Shown here: piece after piece, positions 1 through 9,469 of the stretch | How the letters are laid out: every line of letters starts with the position of its first letter | Position numbering within the stretch: the stretch's first letter is position 1 | DNA from: Bacteroidales bacterium | Lineage (GTDB): Bacteria > Bacteroidota > Bacteroidia > Bacteroidales > UBA3824 | DNA length: 64,000 bases | Direction of reading: 5' to 3' | Assembly: GCA_017417315.1 (NCBI GenBank) | Contig: JAFPZK010000075.1 | Coordinates: forward strand, 2,582 to 66,581 | Translations under genes and position numbers: made by a program | Notes under the pieces: model-generated | The model's database searches: none | What the model was told of the DNA's origin: nothing | The model's input: the letters and a program-made list of their open reading frames with translations, nothing else

Positions 1-93
1 AGTATCGCTTGCAACACACTGTGCAGCAGGTACTTGTGCTTTTACGGCAAGCGAGAAAAAAACAGCCGCTAAGAGCATAAAAATTTTTTTCAT
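1..93 (-). CDS. N-terminal 31 codons of an exported protein; the gene runs off the left edge
   Basis: ATG at 93-91 (minus) gives MKKIFMLLAAVFFSLAVKAQVPAAQCVASDT, a typical signal peptide. The frame is open to the window edge. Confidence 0.4.
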   Translation of the reverse strand, partial: MKKIFMLLAAVFFSLAVKAQVPAAQCVASDT

Positions 94-97
94 GATT

Positions 98-721
98 TTA
101 TATGTTTTTTAAAATTATATCCAAGGTTTCATCAGCATTTTCTGACAAAGAAAACAACTGAATATCAGACTGTTTTATCGTTTTATAATCAGTTAAAAGG
201 CTTTGTTGAAGCCAATTTTGAAAGGGACTCCAAAACGTTTTGTCCTGAAAAACAAGCGGACGTTTTTTGATATTTCCCATTTGCATAAGGGTCAGAGCCT
301 CAGAGATTTCGTCCAAAGTGCCGAGACCGCCCGGCAAAGCCACGAATGCGCGTGAATATTTCCAGAACAAATATTTTCTTGCCGCCATATCGGTTAGCAA
401 AAGGTGGTTTTCTTTGTCGATAAAATCGTTTTCAATGCAAATGTCAGGAAATTCCATGCAAATTCCGATTGACACGCCGCCGGCTTTTTGAACGCCTTTG
501 TTGACAGCCTCCATAAGTCCCGGACCGCCGCCGGTAATGACTTCAAAACCCGCTTTCGCAAGTTTTTCACCCGTAAAAACAGCCTCGTCATAATACTTAG
601 TGCCTTCTTTTATTGATGACGACCCGAAAACCGCAACGCAGTTTTTATGTTTGTCCATAACGCTCTGAGCGTTAAGAATTTCGTCATTTGCTTTTTGTAA
701 TTTTTCTTTTTCAGTCAGCAT
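98..721 (-). CDS. LOG family (TIGR00730-type) nucleotide 5'-monophosphate nucleosidase
   Basis: 207 aa with GGGPGLMEA and PGGLGTLDE motifs typical of LOG/lysine-decarboxylase-like Rossmann proteins. Confidence 0.8.
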   Translation of the reverse strand: MLTEKEKLQKANDEILNAQSVMDKHKNCVAVFGSSSIKEGTKYYDEAVFTGEKLAKAGFEVITGGGPGLMEAVNKGVQKAGGVSIGICMEFPDICIENDFIDKENHLLLTDMAARKYLFWKYSRAFVALPGGLGTLDEISEALTLMQMGNIKKRPLVFQDKTFWSPFQNWLQQSLLTDYKTIKQSDIQLFSLSENADETLDIILKNI

Positions 722-775
722 TTTTTATCATTAAATTTTGTCATGGCAAAAATAGATATTTTTTTTGAAATGTTC

Positions 776-806
776 AAAAAAAAGGGCGGACACCATGCCC
801 GCCCCA
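776..806 (-). terminator. Intrinsic terminator downstream of korB
   Basis: Minus strand reads GGGGCGGGCATGGTGTCCGCCC followed by eight T, 20 nt after the korB stop. Confidence 0.6.
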
Positions 807-827
807 ACATTGTATCGTTAAAAGGAA

Positions 828-1829
828 CTATTTTACTTCCCAAATATCATTTGTTTCCAAAAGTTCTGAAAAGTTATGATATTTTTTCTGGGTTTTGAGT
901 TCTTCGATTTGAGCGTTTACTGCCTCATCGTAAGTCGGGGCTTCAACGTCGCGGATAACACCCAAAGCAATCGGAAAATCAGGACCTTCCATCAACGCTA
1001 ATTTCAACTGCAAAGTGTTGTCTTCGCAATGTGCGTCGTGAACCAAAACGTCGTCTAACGTATAACCGTTTTCGCCGATTTTAACAACCTTAATCGAAAA
1101 ACCGTCTTGAACCAAACCGAATTCATTGTTTTCGCCGAAAACCATTTTTTCGCCGTGTTTCAAGTAAATTGCGTTTTTCTTTCTGACATCGGGTTTGTAA
1201 ACCGAATCGTGTGTACCGTTGTTGAAAATCACGCAGTTTTGAAGAATCTCGCAAACCGCCGCGCCTTTGTGAGCGTGAGCCGCTTTCAAGATTTCTGCCG
1301 TACCCGGAGCGTCGGTTGCAACCGCACGCGCGAAGAAATGTCCTCTTGCGCCGAAACATAATTCTGCCGGACGGAACGGGTCTTCAACTGTTCCGTAAGG
1401 TGATGATTTTGAAACAAATCCTCTCGGCGAAGTCGGTGAATACTGACCTTTTGTCAAACCGTAAATTCTGTTGTTAAGAAGAATCATCTTCAAGTCGATG
1501 TTTCTGCGGTTTGCGTGAATAAAGTGGTTACCGCCGATAGCAAGACCGTCGCCGTCGCCCGAAATTTGCCAAACCGAAAGTTTAGGATTCGTTACTTTGC
1601 AACCCGTCGCAATAGCAGCCGCACGACCGTGAATTGTGTTCATACCGTAAGTTGCCATATAGTGAGGCAAACGCGATGAACAGCCGATACCCGAAATAAC
1701 AGCCGTATCTTCGGGAGCAACACCGATTTCAGCCATTGTTTTTTGTAAAGCAGCCAAGAAAAAATGGTCGCCGCAACCCGGACACCAACGGGGTTGTCCT
1801 TTCTTAAAATCGTTTATTGTGTATTCCAT
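828..1829 (-). CDS. korB: 2-oxoglutarate/2-oxoacid:ferredoxin oxidoreductase beta subunit (TPP-binding)
   Basis: 333 aa. N-terminal PRWCPGCGDH motif, GDGD TPP-binding region, adjacent to the alpha subunit. Confidence 0.9.
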   Translation of the reverse strand: MEYTINDFKKGQPRWCPGCGDHFFLAALQKTMAEIGVAPEDTAVISGIGCSSRLPHYMATYGMNTIHGRAAAIATGCKVTNPKLSVWQISGDGDGLAIGGNHFIHANRRNIDLKMILLNNRIYGLTKGQYSPTSPRGFVSKSSPYGTVEDPFRPAELCFGARGHFFARAVATDAPGTAEILKAAHAHKGAAVCEILQNCVIFNNGTHDSVYKPDVRKKNAIYLKHGEKMVFGENNEFGLVQDGFSIKVVKIGENGYTLDDVLVHDAHCEDNTLQLKLALMEGPDFPIALGVIRDVEAPTYDEAVNAQIEELKTQKKYHNFSELLETNDIWEVK

Positions 1830-1840
1830 TGTTTTTCAGA

Positions 1841-3682
1841 TTAATAGATTTTGTTAAACGCTTCTACCAACTCACTGACGTTAAAAGGCTGACCTTTAAC
1901 TTCGTTGAACTGTTTCGGTACGAAACCGTCAACTTTCATTCTTAAATAGCCTGCGAATTGTCCGAGGTTTTGCTCGGCAACAACTACTGTTTTGTATTTT
2001 TTGAGGACTTCCGAAGTGTTTTTCGGCAACGGATTGATGTATTTGAACTGTGCCAAAGCCACTTTTTTGCCAGCCGCCCTCATTTCGTCCATTGCGGCGT
2101 GAAGGTGTCCGTATGTAGAACCGAAACCGACTATCAACAATTCTGCATCGTCTTTGTCGCCTTCTACCTGAACATCGGGAACTTGGATTCTTTCGATTTT
2201 TTCTGCTCTCTTGCGGCACATAAGGTCGTGATTTTCAGGATTTGTGGAGATTGCGCCGGTTTTGTCGTCTTTCTCCAAACCGCCGAGAATGTGCGTGAAA
2301 CCTTTTCTGCCCGGAACTGCCCAATAACGAACCATATCTTCGTTTCTCATATAAGGTGTCCATTTGCCCAAAAGTTCTTCGGGAACATACGGCGGATTAA
2401 TTGCCGGATAGTCAGCGAGATTTGGGAGTTTGAAAGCAGCCGAACCGTTACCCAAATAAGCGTCAGTCAAAAGTACGACGGGAGTCATGTGTTCCAAAGC
2501 GATTTTTGAAGCCTCGTATGCGGCATCAAAACAATCGGTCGGCGAAAGAGCCGCGATAACGGGCATCGGAGATTCACCGTTTCTGCCGTAAAGTGCTTGC
2601 AAAAGGTCTGTCTGTTCCGATTTTGTGGGAAGACCTGTTGCAGGACCGCCTCTCTGAACGTCCAAAACAACGAGCGGAAGTTCTAAGATAACGGCTAAGT
2701 TCATAGCCTCTGATTTTAAGCAAATACCGGGACCTGAGGTACTTGTAGCGGCGAGTGCGCCTGCAAACGAAGCACCTATTGCCGAAGCACAACCTGCGAT
2801 TTCGTCCTCACACTGAACTGTCGTAACGCCCAAACTTTTGTGTTTTGAAAGTTCATGCAAAACGTCAGTTGCGGGGGTGATAGGATAAGAGCCGAGATAA
2901 AGCCTCAATCCTGCTTTTTCAGCAGCGGCGATAAGACCGTAAGCGGTTGCTTTATTGCCGGTTATGTCCATATAACGACCGGGAGTTTTTTCGGCGGTTT
3001 CTATTCTGTAAACGTTCATTGCAGAAGAATGAGTGTTATGACCGTAATCATAACCGGCTTGAATAACCTTTATATTAGCCTCTGCAACGCCTGCTTTTTT
3101 AGCGAATTTTTCTTTAAGGAAGTTGAAAGCAATTTCCAAATCTCTGTCAAAAAGCCAACAAACAAGACCTAAGGCAAACATGTTTCTGCATTTGAGAATG
3201 CTCTTAACGTCCATGCCTGAATCCTTCAAGCAATCTTTGACCATAGTTGTAAGCGGACAAGCGATAACCCTGTCTGGGTCGATGTTCATTTCAGCGATAT
3301 AGTCTGAGGTTTGGAACTGAGCCTTTTGAAGGTCTGCCTCTTTGAAACTGTCAGTATCAATAATGATAGTTGCATTTGATTTTGCATATTTATACTGCGT
3401 TTTCAAAGCAGCGGCGTTCATAGCGACAAGGACGTCGCATTTATCGCCCGGAGTGTAAACTTTTGTTGCGCCGATATGCACTTGAAAGCCTGAAACGCCC
3501 GTCAGAGAGCCTTGCGGAGCGCGAATGTCGGCGGGATAATCGGGGAACGTACTAATAGAGTTTCCGACAGTTGCCGAAACGGTAGAGAAGATATTTCCTG
3601 CGAGTTGCATTCCGTCGCCGGAGTCGCCTGAAAATCTTACTACAACGTTATCCAAATTTTTGATTTGCAAATTGTTTGACAT
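1841..3682 (-). CDS. korA: 2-oxoglutarate/2-oxoacid:ferredoxin oxidoreductase alpha subunit (fused gamma-alpha type)
   Basis: About 613 aa from ATG 3682 (MSNNLQIKNL). N-terminal gamma-like domain followed by a pyruvate-flavodoxin oxidoreductase core. 11 nt upstream of korB. Confidence 0.9.
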   Translation of the reverse strand: MSNNLQIKNLDNVVVRFSGDSGDGMQLAGNIFSTVSATVGNSISTFPDYPADIRAPQGSLTGVSGFQVHIGATKVYTPGDKCDVLVAMNAAALKTQYKYAKSNATIIIDTDSFKEADLQKAQFQTSDYIAEMNIDPDRVIACPLTTMVKDCLKDSGMDVKSILKCRNMFALGLVCWLFDRDLEIAFNFLKEKFAKKAGVAEANIKVIQAGYDYGHNTHSSAMNVYRIETAEKTPGRYMDITGNKATAYGLIAAAEKAGLRLYLGSYPITPATDVLHELSKHKSLGVTTVQCEDEIAGCASAIGASFAGALAATSTSGPGICLKSEAMNLAVILELPLVVLDVQRGGPATGLPTKSEQTDLLQALYGRNGESPMPVIAALSPTDCFDAAYEASKIALEHMTPVVLLTDAYLGNGSAAFKLPNLADYPAINPPYVPEELLGKWTPYMRNEDMVRYWAVPGRKGFTHILGGLEKDDKTGAISTNPENHDLMCRKRAEKIERIQVPDVQVEGDKDDAELLIVGFGSTYGHLHAAMDEMRAAGKKVALAQFKYINPLPKNTSEVLKKYKTVVVAEQNLGQFAGYLRMKVDGFVPKQFNEVKGQPFNVSELVEAFNKIY

Positions 3683-3830
3683 CTTATAACGGTTTATTGT
3701 TATGAATTTCTTTTGGTGCAAAGGAAAACATTTTATCTTAACTAAACGTTAAATACTCAAACTTTTTTTGAATATTTTTGCATTTAAGGAAAATACGTAT
3801 ACAAAAAAATGAAAACTTATACATTTTCAA

Positions 3831-4437
3831 TTATTCACGGACTATATTTCCTGCCGCATACAGAGGATAGACTTTTATGTTTTCGTATTCGCAAAAATTT
3901 TCTAATGAAGTACGGATACCAAACGGAGATTGTTTTTGCGCCATAAAAATTCTAAGGCTCTGCATCTTTCCCGTTTTCCCCGACTTGACCTCAACAGACC
4001 ATATTTGATTATGACGTTGAACAAGATAGTCTATTTCAGCATCACTACCCTTCTTGTCGCGTTGCCAACAATAAAGCGCAGCAGGAAAATCGGCAGGCAT
4101 ATTTTTGACAAATTCACAACCTACAAACACTTCCGCTAACGGTCCTTTATTGATAAAAGCAGTATCGTTTTCCAAAATTATATCTGACAAATCAAGGTTA
4201 AGAAGCCTCTGCAAAAGTCCCGTATCAAATAAAATCATACGACGGTATCTTTCATCGGTTTCCGCTCCGAGAGGAATTCCGTTAGCGGCAGTATGAGTTA
4301 CAGGATACACTAAACCCGCAAGAATCAAACTTTCCGACCTGCCTTGCACCGCGCAACAAAATAGGTTTATGTTCGGCGGAATTTTTCCACTCCAAAAGTG
4401 CCTTATCTATATTACGTTCTAAATACTTAGTTTTCAT
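3831..4437 (-). pseudogene. AAA+ ATPase with C-terminal DUF4143-like domain, internally deleted and frameshifted
   Basis: The N-terminal piece MKTKYLERNIDKALLEWKNSAEHKPILLRGARQVGK (Walker A) ends at about 4325. A different frame continues directly with ESLILAGLVYPVTHTAANGIPLGAE... and a DUF4143-like tail. Total span is about 200 codons. Confidence 0.7.
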
Positions 4438-4459
4438 ACCGTTAATATTTTTTATGCTG

Positions 4460-4467
4460 CAAATATA
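4460..4467 (-). promoter_or_regulatory. Bacteroidota-type -7 box (TATATTTG) for the ATPase pseudogene
   Basis: Reverse complement of caaatata. Lies 22 nt upstream of ATG 4437. Confidence 0.45.
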
Positions 4468-4475
4468 CAAAAAAA

Positions 4476-4574
4476 CGTAAAAATTGGCACCGAGTTTTGG
4501 TTAAAAAACGTAAAAATTGGCACCGAGTTTTACCTAAAATCCGTAAAAATTGGCATCGAAAATTTCAAAAATAC
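4476..4574. repeat. Three tandem direct repeats, 33-bp period
   Basis: CGTAAAAATTGGCACCGAGTTTT starts at 4476 and 4509. A degenerate third copy CGTAAAAATTGGCATCGAAAATTT starts at 4542. Confidence 0.85.
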
Positions 4575-4909
4575 TTTCTCCACGCCCAAAATTTTCTGCT
4601 TTTTAGATATGATAAATCCCTTTCCTTTTCGTATGATTCTTTTTCAAAAGGGATATTTTGGTATGCTGAAAAATGTGTCATACCTTTTAAGCGGTTTTTA
4701 ATGTAAAAAAATAAATAAAGCGGATAGAAAAAAACGATTAACGTTTCTAATTGCTGATAAAAATGTATTTTTTCGTGATTAAAAAGAACATTAAAATCAT
4801 ATTCGGGGATTTCGTTTTTGCCGTGTTTTAAAATGATAAACGGAAAAAGCGTTATCCCCGAATATGTTTTCAAAAATTTTTCAAACAAAAAATGCGAAAT
4901 AAAAAGCAT
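4565..4909 (-). CDS. Small membrane protein with HExxH motif (putative metallopeptidase-like, conserved hypothetical)
   Basis: 114 aa. HEKIH motif followed by a hydrophobic helix. C-terminal YLKSRKFWAWRKYF resembles a conserved Bacteroidota family from memory. Confidence 0.55.
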   Translation of the reverse strand: MLFISHFLFEKFLKTYSGITLFPFIILKHGKNEIPEYDFNVLFNHEKIHFYQQLETLIVFFYPLYLFFYIKNRLKGMTHFSAYQNIPFEKESYEKERDLSYLKSRKFWAWRKYF

Positions 4910-4916
4910 AAAGTTT

Positions 4917-6716
4917 TTACGCTCTGCTGATTTTAAAGAATTTTATCATATTCATCAAATCGTCAGACATTTCTGCAAGTGCCTGACAATTAGTCGCTAC
5001 CTCCTCACTCAGAGCCGCAACGTGCTGCGTACTCGAATTGAAATTCTGAACACCTATATTGATATGATTTGCATTTGCAGACTGCTCCGTTGATGTTACC
5101 GCAATTTCTTTTACCAAGGTTGTCGTTCTCTCAATTTCCGGCAACACGAGCGAAAAAGCCTCACCGGTTTGCTTTGCGACATTTTTGCCTTCATTACTTA
5201 CATCGTCAATGTTTTTTGCCGCAACCGCACAGTTTTCGGCAAGTTTTCTGACCTCTGCCGCAACAACCGCAAAACCTTTGCCGTGTTCGCCGGCACGAGC
5301 CGCTTCAACAGCCGCATTAAGAGCCAAAATATTAGTCTGAAAAGCAATTTCGTCGATAAACGATATTTTTGAAGCAATTTCATTCATCATTTTCACCGTA
5401 TCCTGAGCGGCTGCGTAACAAGACTGAATCGTGTCGCTGTTTTTGATGGCGATTCTTTCGGTCTCGCGTGCATTTTCGCTGTTTTGCTGAATACTTGCCG
5501 CAATTTCTTCGACAGATGAAGAAATCTCTTCCGAAGAAGAAGCCTGATTATTAGCGTTTTCGCTCATCTCCTGACTTGCTTTATTCATCTCCTTCGAATA
5601 CGTCGAAATCTTGTCAGCAACTGAATAAATATTTCCGACAATGGTTCTGATATTGTCATTAAGAGTATAAAGTGCGGTTTTAAACTGACTGATTTCATCG
5701 TTTGAAGAGCCTTTTTCAACCTCCAAATCAAGATTTCCTTCCGAGAGTTCTGTTACGGTATAAATACCTTTACGAATCGGATTTATCACCTTATTAATAA
5801 TAATTTTGGTTATAATCCAAATAATAACGGCCGAAATCAAAATTCCCAAAATTATCATAATACGTGTTGAAAACAAACTTTTTTGAAGATCATCAGCCGC
5901 ATTCCAAACCGTTGACGAGGTTTGGTCTTGAAGTTTTACGCTGTTGTCATAAACGCAATAACTCAGCGAATCAACCGCATACATCAATGAATACGCCTCG
6001 TCATTATTCTCGGCATATTCCAGAGCAAGCGTTATAAAATTTTCGGTCATCTGCTGCGCCGAACTAAAATCCTCTGTGTTAACGCCCTGATGTTTGAGAC
6101 GGGAAAAAGTCATTCCGGCAGTTTTGAAATTTCTCTTTGAAGAAATATAACCGCGCGGATTTTTATCTAAACCTGATTCCAAAAGTCTTAAAGTTTTTTC
6201 GATAATTTGGTTGCTCTGACCGTTTTCAAGACTTTCAAACTTTTCTGACAATGTCTCCAACATAGACTCAAGTTGTTCTCTTTGCACAATACTTTTTTCT
6301 TTTTTATCGTATGACACTGCATATTTTGAACGCATATCCGCCAAAATTCTTTTGGTATCATCAACGACAGAAACCAAAGCGTCATTTCCACCCGCCAAAT
6401 ACGCCCTCAACGAATCGCATATTTGGTATGCCTTTGAAAAACTTTCTAAATCCTCAGCCTTATCAGTTTCTTTTTCTATCAAAACGTAATAAATAAGACT
6501 AACGGTGGCATCGTTTGAAATTTCGTCAATATCCTCGCTGAATTTAAATTCTTGAAGATACTTATACCTCAAATCCCGAGCATTACCATTAATAACACTC
6601 GTGGAAACAAAAACTATCATAGCAACTACTATGAGCGGCAAGACAATCATCAAAATTGCCGATAACGTCTGTGTCTTTAACGACCTGTCTGTTAAATAAC
6701 TCTTAAAACTTCCCAT
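4917..6716 (-). CDS. Methyl-accepting chemotaxis protein (2 TM, large periplasmic domain, HAMP, MCP signalling domain)
   Basis: Signalling tip [44 protein letters not shown]-like segment follows TM2. ATG 6716 is preferred over the GTG at 6785. Confidence 0.85.
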   Translation of the reverse strand: MGSFKSYLTDRSLKTQTLSAILMIVLPLIVVAMIVFVSTSVINGNARDLRYKYLQEFKFSEDIDEISNDATVSLIYYVLIEKETDKAEDLESFSKAYQICDSLRAYLAGGNDALVSVVDDTKRILADMRSKYAVSYDKKEKSIVQREQLESMLETLSEKFESLENGQSNQIIEKTLRLLESGLDKNPRGYISSKRNFKTAGMTFSRLKHQGVNTEDFSSAQQMTENFITLALEYAENNDEAYSLMYAVDSLSYCVYDNSVKLQDQTSSTVWNAADDLQKSLFSTRIMIILGILISAVIIWIITKIIINKVINPIRKGIYTVTELSEGNLDLEVEKGSSNDEISQFKTALYTLNDNIRTIVGNIYSVADKISTYSKEMNKASQEMSENANNQASSSEEISSSVEEIAASIQQNSENARETERIAIKNSDTIQSCYAAAQDTVKMMNEIASKISFIDEIAFQTNILALNAAVEAARAGEHGKGFAVVAAEVRKLAENCAVAAKNIDDVSNEGKNVAKQTGEAFSLVLPEIERTTTLVKEIAVTSTEQSANANHINIGVQNFNSSTQHVAALSEEVATNCQALAEMSDDLMNMIKFFKISRA

Positions 6717-6837
6717 ATTGTTTTTATATTTAAGACTACAAATTATATTCAAAAAAGATACCAAAAAGGCTGATGCACCTATCACAAGATATGTGCAACA
6801 GCCACTCTAAACTTAATAGCTATGAATAAAACTTTCC

Positions 6838-7536
6838 TTATTTACCCAATTTAATTTTCACAGCCTGAATATATTTTTCAGCATTTCTGCCTTCGTTAGA
6901 AGACGGATATTCAGACTTTATTCTTTCGTAAACCGAAAGTGCATCTTGAAATTTCTGCGCTTTTTCGTACAAAACGCCGAGTTTCTGCAAATAAAGCGGA
7001 GCAATCAAATTGTTTTTTTCAGCCTTAGCAACCGCTTTTTTGTAATAACTTTCTGCCTTGTCGGTTATGCCTTTTTCCATATAAGCATCTCCTAAAAGTC
7101 CGGTAGAAACGGGAGCCAACATCGGGTCATCAGACGAAAAATCTTCTAACTGACGTATTGCATTATCAAAATCTTGAAGGTGCATATAACATACTCCGGA
7201 ATAATATTTCGCATTGTTAGCGGCTTTTGTGCCGGAATATTCGCTCATAACTCTCAAAAAACCCGGATAATTGCCGTCGCCGTTCAAAGCCAAATTGAAA
7301 GAATCTCTCTCAAAATACTGCTCTGCCATAAACATCTGTGCAGCGGCGTTGTTTTCTTTCGGAGTTTTAATAAATTTAACGTAAGCGTAAATACCGAAGA
7401 TAACCAAAACTATTACAGCCAATCCCATAAAAAGTTTTTCTTTGTTGTCTTCAATAAACATTTCCGTTCTACCTAACGAACTTTCAACGGTCTCCAACTG
7501 ATCCTGACCGTTTTCGTTAATTTGTGTGTCTGCCAT
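6838..7536 (-). CDS. Membrane-anchored TPR protein (YfgM-like)
   Basis: 232 aa. A single N-terminal TM helix followed by TPR-like repeats. Confidence 0.6.
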   Translation of the reverse strand: MADTQINENGQDQLETVESSLGRTEMFIEDNKEKLFMGLAVIVLVIFGIYAYVKFIKTPKENNAAAQMFMAEQYFERDSFNLALNGDGNYPGFLRVMSEYSGTKAANNAKYYSGVCYMHLQDFDNAIRQLEDFSSDDPMLAPVSTGLLGDAYMEKGITDKAESYYKKAVAKAEKNNLIAPLYLQKLGVLYEKAQKFQDALSVYERIKSEYPSSNEGRNAEKYIQAVKIKLGK

Positions 7537-7677
7537 TTTAATCTTTTTAAATTTTTCTAAAAAATTACGGGTGCAAAATTACACCTTTTATTTGTATTGA
7601 CAAAATTTTTCCTGCAAAAAAAATCCCCAAACATTGGGTTTGAGGATTTTTTGTTTCTTTGGTCGTAAAAGAAAAAA

Positions 7678-8025
7678 TTACATTCTTTTTTCTTTGATAC
7701 GTGCCTTTTTGCCGGTAAGTTCTCTTACGTAATAGATTCTCGCTCTACGAACCGAACCTCTCTTGTTAACTTCAACAGAAGAAATAAAAGGTGATTCTAC
7801 GGGGAAAATTCTTTCAACGCCGGTAGAACCCGACATTTTTCTTACAGTAAACGTTGCGCTGATGCCTTCGCCTTTCCTCTGAATGACAACGCCTCTGAAT
7901 TGCTGAACTCTCTCTTTGTTGCCTTCTTTGATTTTGTAATTTACAGTAACTGTATCACCGCTGTTGAACTTAGGCCACTCTCTTTTGAGCGCATATTGTT
8001 CTTCAACTACTTTTAATAATTCCAT
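7678..8025 (-). CDS. rplS: 50S ribosomal protein L19
   Basis: 115 aa. [12 protein letters not shown]-like N-terminus and overall L19 pattern ([15 protein letters not shown]). Confidence 0.95.
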   Translation of the reverse strand: MELLKVVEEQYALKREWPKFNSGDTVTVNYKIKEGNKERVQQFRGVVIQRKGEGISATFTVRKMSGSTGVERIFPVESPFISSVEVNKRGSVRRARIYYVRELTGKKARIKEKRM

Positions 8026-8185
8026 GGTTTTATTTTATAAATTTATTAACGTTATATTCAAAAATTTCGGAGTGCAATATTACGGACTTTTTTTCTATCT
8101 GCCAAATTTTTTTGATACTTTTTTCAGTTATTTTTTTGTTAATCTTTCGGGTGCTATTTTTTATAAAGCGTTAACAAAAAAAAAC

Positions 8186-8193
8186 TATCTTTG
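8186..8193 (+). promoter_or_regulatory. -7 box TATCTTTG
   Basis: 24 nt upstream of ATG 8218. The track start at 8191 is a TTG inside this box. Confidence 0.45.
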
Positions 8194-8217
8194 CGCTCTG
8201 TAATAAAAAAAAGCAAG

Positions 8218-9429
8218 ATGAAATTATTTTTATACACTTTCATATTTACGGCAATGTTTTTTTGCGGCTGTTTGGTCAACGACGGCGAGACAACAGTTTT
8301 GAACTCCTCGCCTACTGGAAAATTTTCACCGCTAAAAACACCGCTTGTATGTGCCTACATGCACATCGGCAACCGTAAACTCACGCTAAAAGACATGCGG
8401 CTTGACGGCGTTGACATTCTTAATCTGGCTTTCACAAAAATAACTAACAACCGTGTCGGACTTATACACTCCTCTGATGCTCAGAATTTTATGATTGCCA
8501 AAAAAGTAAGGGAAAAATATCCGAGCCTAAAAATTCTCGTATCCGTCGGCGGTTACGGTACGGCGGAAGTTTTCTCCAAAATGTGTTTCAACGATTCTAC
8601 GCGGGCAATTTTTGTTGACGACGCAGTGCGTTTTGTCCGTTATTATTCGTTAGACGGCATAGACGTTGACTGGGAATTTCCGGGTATGAACCGCAATACA
8701 AGGGAGGCTGACAAAGAAAATTTCACCTCGCTTTTAAAAGAACTCCGCGCGGCTTTCGACAAAGCGTCAAAAGAAGACGGCAAAAAATATCTTCTTACAA
8801 TAGCCGCCGGCGCGTTTGAACTTTATCTTTCTTACACTGATATTCGCGCAATTATCCCTTTGACGGATTATTTTTTCTTGATGACCTACGATTTTTTCGG
8901 TCAATGGAACAAGCACACGGGACATCACACGAATTTGTATCTGCCTGAGTCTCAAAATTCAAGTCATTCGGTTGAAAAAATCACTTCCTCATATATTAAA
9001 AAAGGTGTACCGCCTGAAAAAATCATCATCGGCGCGGCATTTTACGGCAGAAAATGGAAAAACGTAGAAGCCGAAGATAACGGACTTTTCAAAAGCGGAA
9101 AAGGTGTAGGCTCTGTCCCCTACTCAAAAATAGTTCCGCTGACAAAAAATCCGAAATATATCCGTTATTGGGATTCCACGGCATACGCTCCGACACTTTA
9201 TAATATGACGGACAAAATTTTTATTTCTTACGAAGACGAAGAGTCCGTAAGGAGAAAAGTTGATTATGTTTTCATAAAAAATCTCGGCGGATTAATGTAT
9301 TGGGAATACTTTTCTGACTATCAGTTAACGCTTTCAAAAGCAATAAAAAGCGAATTTGAAATCAACAAAGGCGAATATACGGATTTCCGTCTGCCGCTGA
9401 ATGTTAACATAAAAAAAGTTAAAAAGTAA
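8218..9429 (+). CDS. Glycoside hydrolase family 18 (chitinase-like), exported
   Basis: DGIDVDWEFP catalytic motif (DxxDxDxE). N-terminal signal/lipoprotein-like sequence with Cys. Confidence 0.8.
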   Translation: MKLFLYTFIFTAMFFCGCLVNDGETTVLNSSPTGKFSPLKTPLVCAYMHIGNRKLTLKDMRLDGVDILNLAFTKITNNRVGLIHSSDAQNFMIAKKVREKYPSLKILVSVGGYGTAEVFSKMCFNDSTRAIFVDDAVRFVRYYSLDGIDVDWEFPGMNRNTREADKENFTSLLKELRAAFDKASKEDGKKYLLTIAAGAFELYLSYTDIRAIIPLTDYFFLMTYDFFGQWNKHTGHHTNLYLPESQNSSHSVEKITSSYIKKGVPPEKIIIGAAFYGRKWKNVEAEDNGLFKSGKGVGSVPYSKIVPLTKNPKYIRYWDSTAYAPTLYNMTDKIFISYEDEESVRRKVDYVFIKNLGGLMYWEYFSDYQLTLSKAIKSEFEINKGEYTDFRLPLNVNIKKVKK

Positions 9430-9449
9430 AATAAATCCGCTAAATCCGT

Positions 9450-9457
9450 TAAATTTG
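9450..9457 (+). promoter_or_regulatory. -7 box TAAATTTG
   Basis: 12 nt upstream of ATG 9470. The track start at 9455 is a TTG inside the box. Confidence 0.4.
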
Positions 9458-9469
9458 CACAAAAAAGAA

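Noticed and set aside
4476-4574. Possible CRISPR array (also considered for 49946-50040)
   Set aside because: The repeats are directly adjacent (33-bp period with a 23-nt conserved core and a 10-nt AT-rich variable gap) or separated by only 9 nt. There are only 2-3 copies and no cas genes nearby.
4497-4706. 69-aa plus-strand ORF (MVKKRKNWHRVLPKIRKNWHRKF...)
   Set aside because: Its repetitive N-terminus is simply the translation of the 33-bp tandem DNA repeats. The rest is antisense to the HExxH gene. There is no promoter box or family resemblance.
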